Origin: Minisyncoccia bacterium
GTDB taxonomy: Bacteria > Patescibacteriota > Minisyncoccia > Phycocordibacterales > UBA918
NCBI GenBank assembly: GCA_964229335.1
Contig: CAXRCZ010000004.1
Span: 142,542-206,541, forward strand
DNA length: 64,000 nucleotides
Direction: 5' to 3'
Position numbers and translations under genes: made by a program. How positions within the stretch are numbered: position 1 is the stretch's first letter; each line of letters starts with the position of its first letter. Below the pieces are notes generated by a model. The model made no database searches, had not been told where the DNA came from, and worked only from the letters and a program-made list of their open reading frames with translations. Positions 1 to 9,138 of this stretch are shown here, in pieces.

Positions 1-1
1 T

Positions 2-481
2 TCGTGGTGGTCAAACAACGCACAACAGAAAGTATACGAACAAGAAATTGTCGGTATTACATCTACTATTGTGACAGATCGTAGCCATGTACAGACTGAA
101 GTAGACTACAAAGACACTCCTCCGGTTGGTGGGAATCATCATCCTGTCTGGTTGAGCTGTAATGGCGACATCTACGATGAGCCAGTGGTAGATGAAAATG
201 CGGTTCATTCACTTGAGCATGGTGCCGTCTGGATTACCTATCAGCCAGAACTTGCTGCCGAACAAATTGAAATTCTCAAAGGTAAAGTGAAAGGATACTC
301 TTTCATGAGTCCGTACCCAGAACAAGAGTCACCAATTATGCTCACAGCGTGGGGTGTACAACTTCCACTTGATGCAGCTGATGATCCTCGGATAGATCAG
401 TTTCTAGCAAAATTCCGCCAAGGACCACAAACGCCTGAGCCGGGTGCAACCTGTAATGCCATTCCGGGAGGAATGCAGTAA
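2..481 (+). CDS. DUF3105-family exported protein (5'-partial, frame open from window edge)
   Basis: PPVGGNH, VHSLEHGAVWITY and SPIMLTAWG motifs typical of DUF3105; no stop upstream of 71 in this frame. Confidence 0.8.
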   Translation, partial: SWWSNNAQQKVYEQEIVGITSTIVTDRSHVQTEVDYKDTPPVGGNHHPVWLSCNGDIYDEPVVDENAVHSLEHGAVWITYQPELAAEQIEILKGKVKGYSFMSPYPEQESPIMLTAWGVQLPLDAADDPRIDQFLAKFRQGPQTPEPGATCNAIPGGMQ

Positions 482-489
482 ACTGAACT

Positions 490-1113
490 ATGAATTATCA
501 AGCTATTAAAAGACAGTTGCCAGCCCTCCTTATCGGGATTGTTGTTGGTGTTGGAATGTTCTTGCTCGGTCAGAATTCTATTCCACTCGATAAACCAAAT
601 GAGGCAGAGATTGGTTTTGCACAGGACATGAGTGTTCACCATCAACAAGCAATCGAAATGTCATTTCTTGTTCGAGAAAAAACCGATGATCAAGAGATTC
701 GCGGTTTTGCCTTTGACATCATTAACACCCAAGCCAACCAGCGTGGCATGATGCTTGGTTGGCTGGATTTGTGGCAACAGCCACTCTCAACCACTAAAAC
801 GCCAATGATGTGGATGATGGATGATATGTCTTTTATGGATCACAGTCAGATGACAAAAGACTTTACCTCTGGAGCATACATGCCCGGCATGGCAACCAGT
901 GACGAAATGCAGACACTTGTTGAAGCGAGCGGAACAGACGCTGAGCAGTTATTTCTCGAGCTGATGATTCGCCATCATAAAGGCGGTGTCATGATGGCAG
1001 ACGGGGTTATAAAGCGCAGTGAGAATGAAACAGTCACTCGCTTGGCGCAAACCATGGTCAACGGTCAACAGGCAGAGATTGATTACATGAATGAGTTATT
1101 AACAAACTACTAA
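490..1113 (+). CDS. DUF305 (ferritin-like, CopM-related) exported metal-binding protein
   Basis: Two MxxHHxxA/G motifs (MSVHHQQAIEM, MIRHHKGGVMM), Met-rich linker, N-terminal TM. Confidence 0.85.
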   Translation: MNYQAIKRQLPALLIGIVVGVGMFLLGQNSIPLDKPNEAEIGFAQDMSVHHQQAIEMSFLVREKTDDQEIRGFAFDIINTQANQRGMMLGWLDLWQQPLSTTKTPMMWMMDDMSFMDHSQMTKDFTSGAYMPGMATSDEMQTLVEASGTDAEQLFLELMIRHHKGGVMMADGVIKRSENETVTRLAQTMVNGQQAEIDYMNELLTNY

Positions 1114-1122
1114 AGAAATAAT

Positions 1123-1782
1123 ATGGAAGAAACACAAATAAGCGAAGATCCTGTTAAACATAACGAGATAGAAACTCCTGCTACAGCAGTAAAGATTCAA
1201 CAAAAACCACTGCTAATGTACGGTGCAGTTGTTTTAGTTGTCGTCTTGATACTAGGTGCACTTTTATACTCGCAAGGAATTATTGTGGCAGCCAAAGTAA
1301 ATGGCGAGTCCATTAGTCGTCTTAGCGTTCTTAGTGAATTAGAAGATCAAGCTGGAGCAGCGGTACTTGATTCTCTTATCTCAGATATCCTGATTGAACA
1401 AGCTGCGACTGAAGCGGGTGTTACTGTAACTGATGCTGATGTGGTAACAGAGATAGCGGCCATCGAATCACAAATTTCTGGACAGGGTGGAACTCTCGAG
1501 GATGTGTTGGCGCAACAGGGATTAACCCGAGAAAGTCTCACGAAGCAAATCAGAACACAAAAGATGTTAGAGACGTTATTTGCCTCAGACATTACGGTCA
1601 CTGAGGAAGAAGTTAACGCGTTTATTGAAGCCAATGGACCCTTACCAGAAGGGCAAGAAGAAGCACTGCGTCCGCAGATAGAAGAACAAATCAAAAGTCA
1701 GAAATTTAGCACTGCTGCACAAAGCTACATTACCGGTTTACGCACACAGGCAAACATTCAGTACTTCGTAGACTATGAATAG
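1123..1782 (+). CDS. SurA N-terminal-domain / PrsA-like membrane-anchored chaperone (no PPIase domain)
   Basis: TM followed by AAKVNGESI, LIEQAA..AGVTVT, LRTQANI. Confidence 0.75.
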   Translation: MEETQISEDPVKHNEIETPATAVKIQQKPLLMYGAVVLVVVLILGALLYSQGIIVAAKVNGESISRLSVLSELEDQAGAAVLDSLISDILIEQAATEAGVTVTDADVVTEIAAIESQISGQGGTLEDVLAQQGLTRESLTKQIRTQKMLETLFASDITVTEEEVNAFIEANGPLPEGQEEALRPQIEEQIKSQKFSTAAQSYITGLRTQANIQYFVDYE

Positions 1783-3037
1783 TATGAAATATATTTTATT
1801 TAGCTTACTGGTATTTTCTTTGCTCGGCGGCTTGTTTGCAACCATACACAACTCAGAAGTAACCACCGTTACGTACAAACGTGATACTCCTAGTGTCACG
1901 ACAGAAGTGGTCACCCAAATAGCTGAACCAGAAGAAATAGTTGAGGAACCAGTTGTATCGACCGGAAACCAAGTAAAAGAAATTGAAATTCAACCAGGCG
2001 ACACTTTCTCAACCATTATGGAAGAAGTAGATGTGACGGATGAGGAACAAAGTTCGATTCTTGTTGCTGTCCAAGATGTCTATGACTTCACCAAACTACA
2101 AGCTGGCAAACTGATACACGTTGTCTTTGCGCAGGACGCGTTAGCGTCGGTTGACTATGACCTGAACGACGATAAGAAGATTGTGATTGAAAACGTTGAC
2201 GGTGAGTTTGTAGCTAAAGAAGAAGCGATTGAGTATGACATTACTGAAGCAGTACGTAGTGTCACAATTGAGTCTTCATTATTCTACGACGGTGCAAGTG
2301 CTGGCTTGTCCGACAAGACTTTGGTTGAACTAGCCGAAATCTTTCAATGGGACATAGACTTCAGTACTGACATTCAGATTGACGACTCGTTTGTTGTTTT
2401 GTATGAAGAGCGAAAAACAAAAGACGGTGAAGAAGCCAGTGCCGGAAAAATTCTCGCTGCTCAGTTCACTAATCAAGGCGAGACGTACGAGGCGTACTAC
2501 TTTGAAACATCAAGTAGTACAGGTGGTTACTACGCTGCCAATGGTGAGAGTGTTGAACGTCAGTTCTTAAGCTCACCAATTGGTGTTGGGTACGTGAGTT
2601 CAGGTTTCAGTTATAGCCGACTGAATCCAATTACCAAACGTGTGACTCCACACCGAGCTATCGACTACGCTGCGCCTCATGGCACACCCATTGTAGCTAT
2701 CGCAGACGGCGAAGTGACATTATCAGGCAACAGAGGTCCACTTGGTATTGCCATTGATCTTGATCACGGACAATACATGAGTCAATACGCTCACATGTCT
2801 AGTATCGATTCTGCAGTGAAGAAAAATCCAAAAGTGAAACAAGGACAGGTTATCGGATACGTTGGTTCAACTGGTCAATCAACTGGTCCTCACTTGCACT
2901 ACACACTTTTCAAAGACGGAAACCCTATCAATCCAGCTGATGTTGATATGCCAGTCGGTGAATTACTCACTGAAACAGAGCTTGATGACTTTCAGGTCGT
3001 TGCTGATGGCTATAAGATTCAATTGGGTGTAAATTAA
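1775..3037 (+). CDS. M23 peptidoglycan endopeptidase (MepM/Csd3-like)
   Basis: HRAIDYAAP..TP, YAHM, GQSTGPHLHY; N-terminal TM and long Csd3-like N-domain. Confidence 0.9.
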   Translation: MNSMKYILFSLLVFSLLGGLFATIHNSEVTTVTYKRDTPSVTTEVVTQIAEPEEIVEEPVVSTGNQVKEIEIQPGDTFSTIMEEVDVTDEEQSSILVAVQDVYDFTKLQAGKLIHVVFAQDALASVDYDLNDDKKIVIENVDGEFVAKEEAIEYDITEAVRSVTIESSLFYDGASAGLSDKTLVELAEIFQWDIDFSTDIQIDDSFVVLYEERKTKDGEEASAGKILAAQFTNQGETYEAYYFETSSSTGGYYAANGESVERQFLSSPIGVGYVSSGFSYSRLNPITKRVTPHRAIDYAAPHGTPIVAIADGEVTLSGNRGPLGIAIDLDHGQYMSQYAHMSSIDSAVKKNPKVKQGQVIGYVGSTGQSTGPHLHYTLFKDGNPINPADVDMPVGELLTETELDDFQVVADGYKIQLGVN

Positions 3038-3051
3038 TCTAATTTATTAGT

Positions 3052-5007
3052 ATGACTGAAAAACATAACAACAATGCAGCTGTCTGTGATGACTGTGGAG
3101 CTGGGGACGAGACTACTCCTGTTACCGGCCTACGATCACTCTTCTCTCGCAGTGGTGCACTTAAAATGCTTACGCCTATTTCGGGAATGTTGCTTGTTTT
3201 AGCTTTTTTGAGTTCTTATTCATTACCACAACCAGGTTTTGCAACCTTGTTCTACTTACTATCGCTCTTGACTGGTTCGGTGTTTGTGGTACAAAGCGCG
3301 ATTACTGGACTGGTAAAACAGCGGTTCTTAAACATCAGTTTTTTGGTGGTTATTGCGTCGATTGGTGCTATCTATATCGGTGAGTACGCTGAGGCAGCTG
3401 CGGTAGTATTCTTCTTTGCCTTAGCGGAACTCTTTGAAAGTTACGGCGTTGAACGCTCACGGCGAGCAGTAGCAGCATTGATTAAAAAATCACCCAAAGT
3501 AGCTCGAATGTTAGATGGTACTACTATGCCGGTTGAGGAAGTGGTTGTTGGAACCATTGTTGTTGTAAAGCCTGGAGAGCAGATTCCGTTAGATGGTGTG
3601 GTTACCAAAGGAGAGTCGACCATTGATGAGGCGTCCATTACAGGCGAATCTATTCCGGTTGATAAAACTACTGATGATCAAGTGTTTGCCAGCACTATGA
3701 ATGTGCAAGGGTATCTTGAGATTAGGGTTGAGAAAGCTAGCCAAGACTCAACGTTTGCTCGGATTATTACTCTCATTGAAGAAGCACAAGCATCGCGGGC
3801 ACCTACTCAGGCGTTCATCGACAAGTTTGCCCGCTACTACACGCCAGCCGTTGTTATACTGTCTATTTTGATTGCCGTAATACCAACCTTAGTCTTTGGT
3901 CTACCGTTTGAAGACTGGCTCTATCGAGCGCTCATTCTCTTAGTTATTGCCTGTCCATGTGCATTGGTGATTGCTACACCAGTGGCGATTGCTTCAGCGA
4001 TTGGCGGAGCGTCACGTAGTGGCATTCTCATAAAAGGTGGGAAATATCTTGAAAAATTAGCTAGCGTTAAAGCGATTGCATTTGATAAGACTCGTACTCT
4101 CACCTATGGCACCCATACTGTTACTGATGTCATAGCTTTTGGTTCGCATAGTAAAGAGAAGGTTATTGCTGATGCGGCTGGTATTGAATTATTTTCTTCA
4201 CATCCACTTGCTGAAGCAATTATTGCCTATGCAAAAGAACAGAATATCGAGCCACATAAAATGGACTCCTATGAGAATGTGGCTGGCAAGGGTGGACGAG
4301 CACAGTGTTTGGTGTGTGAAGCCGATAGTTATATCGGTAACAGAAAACTACTGACCGAAAGCGGTATCGACAGCACCACATTTGAAGCAGATGTAGAACG
4401 CTTAGAAAAAGAAGGTAAAACGGTGGTGTTGGTAGCTGAAGGTAAGGAAGTAATTGGAGCGCTCGCGATTTCCGATCAAGTTCGTGAAGAAGCATCAGAA
4501 GTAATTGATGTACTCAGAAGAAGGGGTGTTGAGAGCGCAATGCTTACTGGTGACAACGAGCATAGTGCAGCCTACGTTGCTAATCTGATTGGTATAAATG
4601 ACGTTAAAGCCTCATTACTGCCTGAAGAAAAAGTAACCAGCGTGAAAGAACTAAGAGACAAGTATCACTCAGTGGCGATGGTTGGTGATGGAGTAAATGA
4701 CGCTCCATCACTCGTTACATCAGACGTGGGGTTTGCTATTGGTGCTGGTGGTACCGATGCTGCTATAGAATCAGCTGACATAACTCTGTTATCTGGAGAC
4801 TTACGGACTATCCCACAGTCAATCAAACTAGCTCGCGCTACGGTTAAAACTATTCGAACAAACATTATTCTCGCACTTGGTATAAAAATCCTCTTCCTCA
4901 TTCTCGTGCCGTTTGGTTTAACTAACCTGGTGTTCGCCATTGCCGCTGATTCAGGTATGGCTATTGTCGTAATTCTTAACAGCTTGAGGCTCTTTGCGGT
5001 GAAATAA
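3052..5007 (+). CDS. Heavy-metal P1B-2 type ATPase (Zn/Cd/Pb, CadA/ZntA-like)
   Basis: TGES, CPC, DKTRTLT (variant), SSHP, TGDN, GDGVNDAP; K in TM7 and DxG in TM8; N-terminal CxxC. Confidence 0.9.
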   Translation: MTEKHNNNAAVCDDCGAGDETTPVTGLRSLFSRSGALKMLTPISGMLLVLAFLSSYSLPQPGFATLFYLLSLLTGSVFVVQSAITGLVKQRFLNISFLVVIASIGAIYIGEYAEAAAVVFFFALAELFESYGVERSRRAVAALIKKSPKVARMLDGTTMPVEEVVVGTIVVVKPGEQIPLDGVVTKGESTIDEASITGESIPVDKTTDDQVFASTMNVQGYLEIRVEKASQDSTFARIITLIEEAQASRAPTQAFIDKFARYYTPAVVILSILIAVIPTLVFGLPFEDWLYRALILLVIACPCALVIATPVAIASAIGGASRSGILIKGGKYLEKLASVKAIAFDKTRTLTYGTHTVTDVIAFGSHSKEKVIADAAGIELFSSHPLAEAIIAYAKEQNIEPHKMDSYENVAGKGGRAQCLVCEADSYIGNRKLLTESGIDSTTFEADVERLEKEGKTVVLVAEGKEVIGALAISDQVREEASEVIDVLRRRGVESAMLTGDNEHSAAYVANLIGINDVKASLLPEEKVTSVKELRDKYHSVAMVGDGVNDAPSLVTSDVGFAIGAGGTDAAIESADITLLSGDLRTIPQSIKLARATVKTIRTNIILALGIKILFLILVPFGLTNLVFAIAADSGMAIVVILNSLRLFAVK

Positions 5008-5009
5008 AC

Positions 5010-5471
5010 ATGGATGAAATAATAATTTTCCTAGCTAGTAAGTTACATGTAGTGATTGTTGTTATTGCAATCATTACATTCCTGCTCTCCACTAAGAAGC
5101 AAAGAATGATACTTGCTCTAACTGCAACAGCAGCACTACCACTGTCGTACCTACTGGGAAAGCTAGCGAGTTTCTTCAACTACACCGAACGCCCTTTTTC
5201 TGAACTTGGCATTACTCCGCTCGTGCCCCATATCGCTGACAATGGATTTCCTTCAGAACACACTCTCTATGCCATGGTGATTGCAATGGTGGTCTTCTTG
5301 GTACACAGACGCTGGGGTACTATGCTCATAATTTTAGCTTTGCTGGTGGGTGTTGGACGTGTTTGGGCTGATGTACATAATCCAATTGATATAGTGGGTT
5401 CTGTGTTGGTAGCCACCGTTAGTGTACTAGCTTCATTTTTTGTACTCCAGCAATGTAAAAAATCAAAATGA
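5010..5471 (+). CDS. PAP2-family phosphatase (BcrC-like undecaprenyl-pyrophosphate phosphatase)
   Basis: ERPF, FPSEH, GRVWADVHNPIDI motifs; hydrophobic. Confidence 0.85.
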   Translation: MDEIIIFLASKLHVVIVVIAIITFLLSTKKQRMILALTATAALPLSYLLGKLASFFNYTERPFSELGITPLVPHIADNGFPSEHTLYAMVIAMVVFLVHRRWGTMLIILALLVGVGRVWADVHNPIDIVGSVLVATVSVLASFFVLQQCKKSK

Positions 5472-5527
5472 TTTTGAAATAATGCAGTGATTTAGCGTGA
5501 TATACATTTACATTTTGTATTCATTGC

Positions 5528-5555
5528 TTGACACATTTGGTATCATTAATAGTGT
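5528..5555 (+). promoter_or_regulatory. Sigma70-like promoter for the 5563 ORF (probably leaderless)
   Basis: TTGACA (5528-33), 16 nt, TAGTGT (5550-55), ATG at 5563. Confidence 0.5.
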
Positions 5556-5562
5556 AAAAGGC

Positions 5563-5949
5563 ATGACAAGTTGGTTGAACAGAAACATTTCGCATAAGCT
5601 CACCGCACTTCTGATCGTGGGAGTGTTTGTGGTAGTTACTTTTTCTTGTTTTACGATTGCAGATGATCACGGTGGACACAGCTTTGACGCCGCAGTTGTT
5701 TGCGAGACAGTTCTTTCACTAGCTGATACCACTATAATTCAAATAGGCGTCATGCTCTTGTTAGTGGCAGCCGCTGCACACCTCTGCTTCAGGACTTTCA
5801 ACCCATTTTCACTGCAAAATCCACTCTACAGACTACTTGTTTTTCATGGTCCACCACCAGACTACCTTTTTTCACCAAAAAGATATTCCTATTTGCAAAA
5901 ACTCTTTAGTTCTGGGCTCATTCATTCAAAACTTCATAGCGTAGCGTAA
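5563..5949 (+). CDS. Small 2-TM protein, putative metal-responsive leader (paralog of 12845-13249)
   Basis: TM - C..DDHGGH..C loop - TM - HGPPP - YLQKLFSSGLIHSKL; start moved to the ATG at 5563 after the promoter. Confidence 0.7.
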   Translation: MTSWLNRNISHKLTALLIVGVFVVVTFSCFTIADDHGGHSFDAAVVCETVLSLADTTIIQIGVMLLLVAAAAHLCFRTFNPFSLQNPLYRLLVFHGPPPDYLFSPKRYSYLQKLFSSGLIHSKLHSVA

Positions 5950-5950
5950 T

Positions 5951-5995
5951 AACCAACGACGTAAAGCTCGTTGCAGTCTTTACCGTTGGTTTTTT
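5951..5995 (+). terminator. Terminator/attenuator-like hairpin directly after the leader ORF
   Basis: AACCAACG/CGTTGGTT plus GTAAAG/CTTTAC stems followed by a T run. Confidence 0.65.
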
Positions 5996-6049
5996 GTATT
6001 TATAAATAAGAAGTTAGTGATACATAATCAATACCAAGTAAACGAAATT

Positions 6050-6823
6050 ATGAATTGGAAAATGATAACCGGAACGTTCCTCGCACTATTTACGTTAGTG
6101 CTTGTGGGTTCGTATTTGATTTTGACTCAAGACACATCATTAAATAAAGACGTTGTGGTTTTCGACACAACGATAATACTCCAGCCACAAGCTGACAACA
6201 ATATTGTTACTGTCGATACAGTGACTCTATCAGTTCCGGGTTTTCTGGCTGTTAGGGAGATTGATGGTGAACGACTGGGACAGATTATTGAGATTAGTGA
6301 GTATCTTAATGGGGGAACACATAACGATATGTCTATTCCGTTAGGTGAATTCTATACAGGTGACGAGGAACTGATAGTGATGATTTATGAAGACGCTGCT
6401 AATGACAAGATATTCAATGACCTTGATCAACCGTACGAGGAAAATGGAATTCCTGTTGCAGTCTATGTAGCGACTGGCGAAAAAGTCCCTGAATCAATTG
6501 TGACTAATACTGTTGCTCCTGAAGGAATTTCACTCATGAATATGGGAAGTATGGAGTTTGTCAGTTATACCGACGAGGGCTTTAAACCGAAAGACTTGAC
6601 GATATCTCGCGGCACCATGGTGCACTTTGTTAACGAAAGTTCAATCGATATGTGGGTTGCTTCAGACGATCATCCAGCTCACACAGATTTGCCGACATTT
6701 GACCAATTCAAGGGTAGTCCGCCGGGAGAACAGTATGTGTATATCTTCGATCAGGCTGGCGAGTGGAAATATCACGACCATCTTACTCCAACCGCAGTAG
6801 GCACAATTACCGTAACCAATTAA
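6050..6823 (+). CDS. Membrane-anchored cupredoxin-fold protein (Cys-less variant)
   Basis: GFKPKDLTISRGTMVHFVN, HPAH, WKYHDHL..GTITV; N-terminal TM plus an extra beta domain. Confidence 0.75.
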   Translation: MNWKMITGTFLALFTLVLVGSYLILTQDTSLNKDVVVFDTTIILQPQADNNIVTVDTVTLSVPGFLAVREIDGERLGQIIEISEYLNGGTHNDMSIPLGEFYTGDEELIVMIYEDAANDKIFNDLDQPYEENGIPVAVYVATGEKVPESIVTNTVAPEGISLMNMGSMEFVSYTDEGFKPKDLTISRGTMVHFVNESSIDMWVASDDHPAHTDLPTFDQFKGSPPGEQYVYIFDQAGEWKYHDHLTPTAVGTITVTN

Positions 6824-6836
6824 CTTCTAACTAATC

Positions 6837-7124
6837 ATGAAAAAAGATGAATTCACAAAACTACTAGAATCAGATTCAAATACGCTGTTGATTGATATTC
6901 GTGAAGCTGAAGAGTTAGAACATTCAGACAATCTCCCTGGCACACAGCATATATCGATGGGGAAAATGTTTACTGAAGCAGTGAATGATAAATTGCCCAA
7001 AGATACACAGATGGTGGTCTTTTGCCGCACAGGTGTGCGTGCAGAAATAGTTGCTCGCGAGTTGCGTGAGCGCGGTTACGATATTGACGGTTTAGAAGGC
7101 GGGCTTAATGCACTTAACAACTAA
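6837..7124 (+). CDS. Single-domain rhodanese
   Basis: LIDIRE..E, FCRTGVRA active-site loop, LEGG. Confidence 0.85.
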   Translation: MKKDEFTKLLESDSNTLLIDIREAEELEHSDNLPGTQHISMGKMFTEAVNDKLPKDTQMVVFCRTGVRAEIVARELRERGYDIDGLEGGLNALNN

Positions 7125-7127
7125 CGT

Positions 7128-9137
7128 ATGGAACATACACACACAAAACATAACCACTGTCACGACCACGGCTCACCGGGTATGGGACATGGTTCAGCGG
7201 AAACATTTTTGAGACGATTTTGGATTGTTACCTTTCTTCTAATTCCACTCGTGTTTGCTAATGAGATGGTGATGAATGCTATAGGATTGGAGGCATATAT
7301 ATTGAGTAAATGGATCGGCTTCGGAGTGGCGACCGTAATCTTTGGTTTTGCTCTTATCTTCTTTGAACACGCTTGGCACGAAATCAAAGCGCGTAAGTAC
7401 GGCATGATGACATTGGTGTCACTTGCTGTAGGTGCTGGGTATCTGTTTTCAGTTGCAGCAACTTTCATACCAACATTAGAGGCTGATTTTTACTTAGAAA
7501 TCTCAACACTAATCTGGGTACTACTCTTTGGACACTACCTTGAAGCTCGTTCAGGAGCGGCGGCTGGTAATGCACTTCAAGAAGTAGCGAAGCTTCTGCC
7601 AAAACAAGCTCATAAGCTTCTAAATGGAGTAGAGACAGACGTTGATGTAACTGAACTCAATGAGGGTGATTTGGTTCTCGTAAAACCAGGAGAGAAAATC
7701 CCAGCTGACGGTGTGATTACAAAAGGTTCAGCCAATGTTGATGAAGCACTCATCAGTGGCGAATCAAAACCAATTCAAAAAAATAAAAGGGATGAAGTTG
7801 TGGCCGGTAGTATTTGTCTTGATGCGTCTCTAACAATCCAACTCTCACGCGTTGGTGAGCATTCAACTATTGGACAGATTCAGAAATTAATTGCTGAGGC
7901 ACAGCAGACCAAACCAAACTCACAGCGAATCGCTGACAAAGCCGCTGCTGTACTCACGTTCGTGGCTGGAATTACAGCCCTTCTGACTATTCTGGTGTGG
8001 TCACTGATTATCGGTGAACCATTTGTATTTGCGATTACGCTCGCTATCACGGTACTTGTCATCGCTTGCCCGCATGCCTTGGGTCTGGCGATTCCTACTG
8101 TTACCACCATCACTACCTCGCTTGCGGTAAAAAACGGCTTCTTTATCAAGAATCTCGCCAAGATAGAAGTGATCAAGAAGACTGATTATGTGGTCTTCGA
8201 TAAGACCGGCACACTCACCACAGGAATATTTGGTGTTACCGATGTTGTCCCGTTTGGTGGAAAGACAAAAGACGCAGTACTCAAAATTGCCGCTTCACTC
8301 GAACAACACTCGTCCCACATTATTGGTCAATCTATAGTGACACATGCCAAAGCAGAGCGAATCAGACTTGAAGAAATTGCCGAGTTTAAAAACGTAGCTG
8401 GAAAAGGTATCAAAGCTAAGTTAGCAAATAAGCTCTATATTGTTGGAAACAAAGCAATTGTTGAGGACGCAAACATCTCACTTGATGAGGTGAAGGAAGG
8501 ATACCAGAAACTGGCCGCCAGAGGAAAAACAACCATTTTTGTCGCTACTGAGAATGAGATTATTGGTTTGATTGCGCTTTCTGACACTATAAAACCAGAG
8601 TCATACGAAACAGTTGGAAAACTGCATGAAATGGGAGTGAGGGTAGCGATGCTCACAGGCGATAACCAGGAAGTCGCCAAGGGGGTGGCAGAAGAGCTTG
8701 GTATCGACACCTATTTTGCTGAAGTCCTACCAGAAGATAAATATAGCCATGTGCAATCACTCCAGCAAGACGGCAGTGTGGTCTTGATGGTTGGTGATGG
8801 TGTGAACGATGCACCTGCACTTACACAAGCTGATGCCGGGATTGCCATTGGAGCTGGTACTGATGTGGCGGTGGAAGCTGGTGATGTGGTCTTAACCCGT
8901 AGCAATCCCGAAGACATTGTCAGACTCATTACACTCTCGAAAAAAGTGTATACCAAGATGATTCAGAATCTTGTCTGGGCCCTCGGCTACAACATCGTTG
9001 CTATTCCGGCGGCGGCTGGAGCGTTCGCCTACTGGGGATTCTTTCTGCGTCCAGAGATCGGAGCGTTTGTGATGAGTTTATCAACGGTAATTGTGGTGGC
9101 TAACGCCATGCTACTCAAACGAATTGACTTAGATTAG
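7128..9137 (+). CDS. Copper-translocating P1B ATPase, CopB (CPH) subtype
   Basis: His-rich N-terminus, SGES, CPHALG, DKTGTLT, GDGVNDAP, YN and MSLS in the C-terminal TMs. Confidence 0.92.
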   Translation: MEHTHTKHNHCHDHGSPGMGHGSAETFLRRFWIVTFLLIPLVFANEMVMNAIGLEAYILSKWIGFGVATVIFGFALIFFEHAWHEIKARKYGMMTLVSLAVGAGYLFSVAATFIPTLEADFYLEISTLIWVLLFGHYLEARSGAAAGNALQEVAKLLPKQAHKLLNGVETDVDVTELNEGDLVLVKPGEKIPADGVITKGSANVDEALISGESKPIQKNKRDEVVAGSICLDASLTIQLSRVGEHSTIGQIQKLIAEAQQTKPNSQRIADKAAAVLTFVAGITALLTILVWSLIIGEPFVFAITLAITVLVIACPHALGLAIPTVTTITTSLAVKNGFFIKNLAKIEVIKKTDYVVFDKTGTLTTGIFGVTDVVPFGGKTKDAVLKIAASLEQHSSHIIGQSIVTHAKAERIRLEEIAEFKNVAGKGIKAKLANKLYIVGNKAIVEDANISLDEVKEGYQKLAARGKTTIFVATENEIIGLIALSDTIKPESYETVGKLHEMGVRVAMLTGDNQEVAKGVAEELGIDTYFAEVLPEDKYSHVQSLQQDGSVVLMVGDGVNDAPALTQADAGIAIGAGTDVAVEAGDVVLTRSNPEDIVRLITLSKKVYTKMIQNLVWALGYNIVAIPAAAGAFAYWGFFLRPEIGAFVMSLSTVIVVANAMLLKRIDLD

Positions 9138-9138
9138 T

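Noticed and set aside
5497-5562. N-terminal extensions in the ORF track (also 15767, 20625, 31143, 37358, 38097, 49797, 51759)
   Set aside because: They overlap promoters, terminators or upstream genes; downstream ATGs fit family starts and -10 spacing
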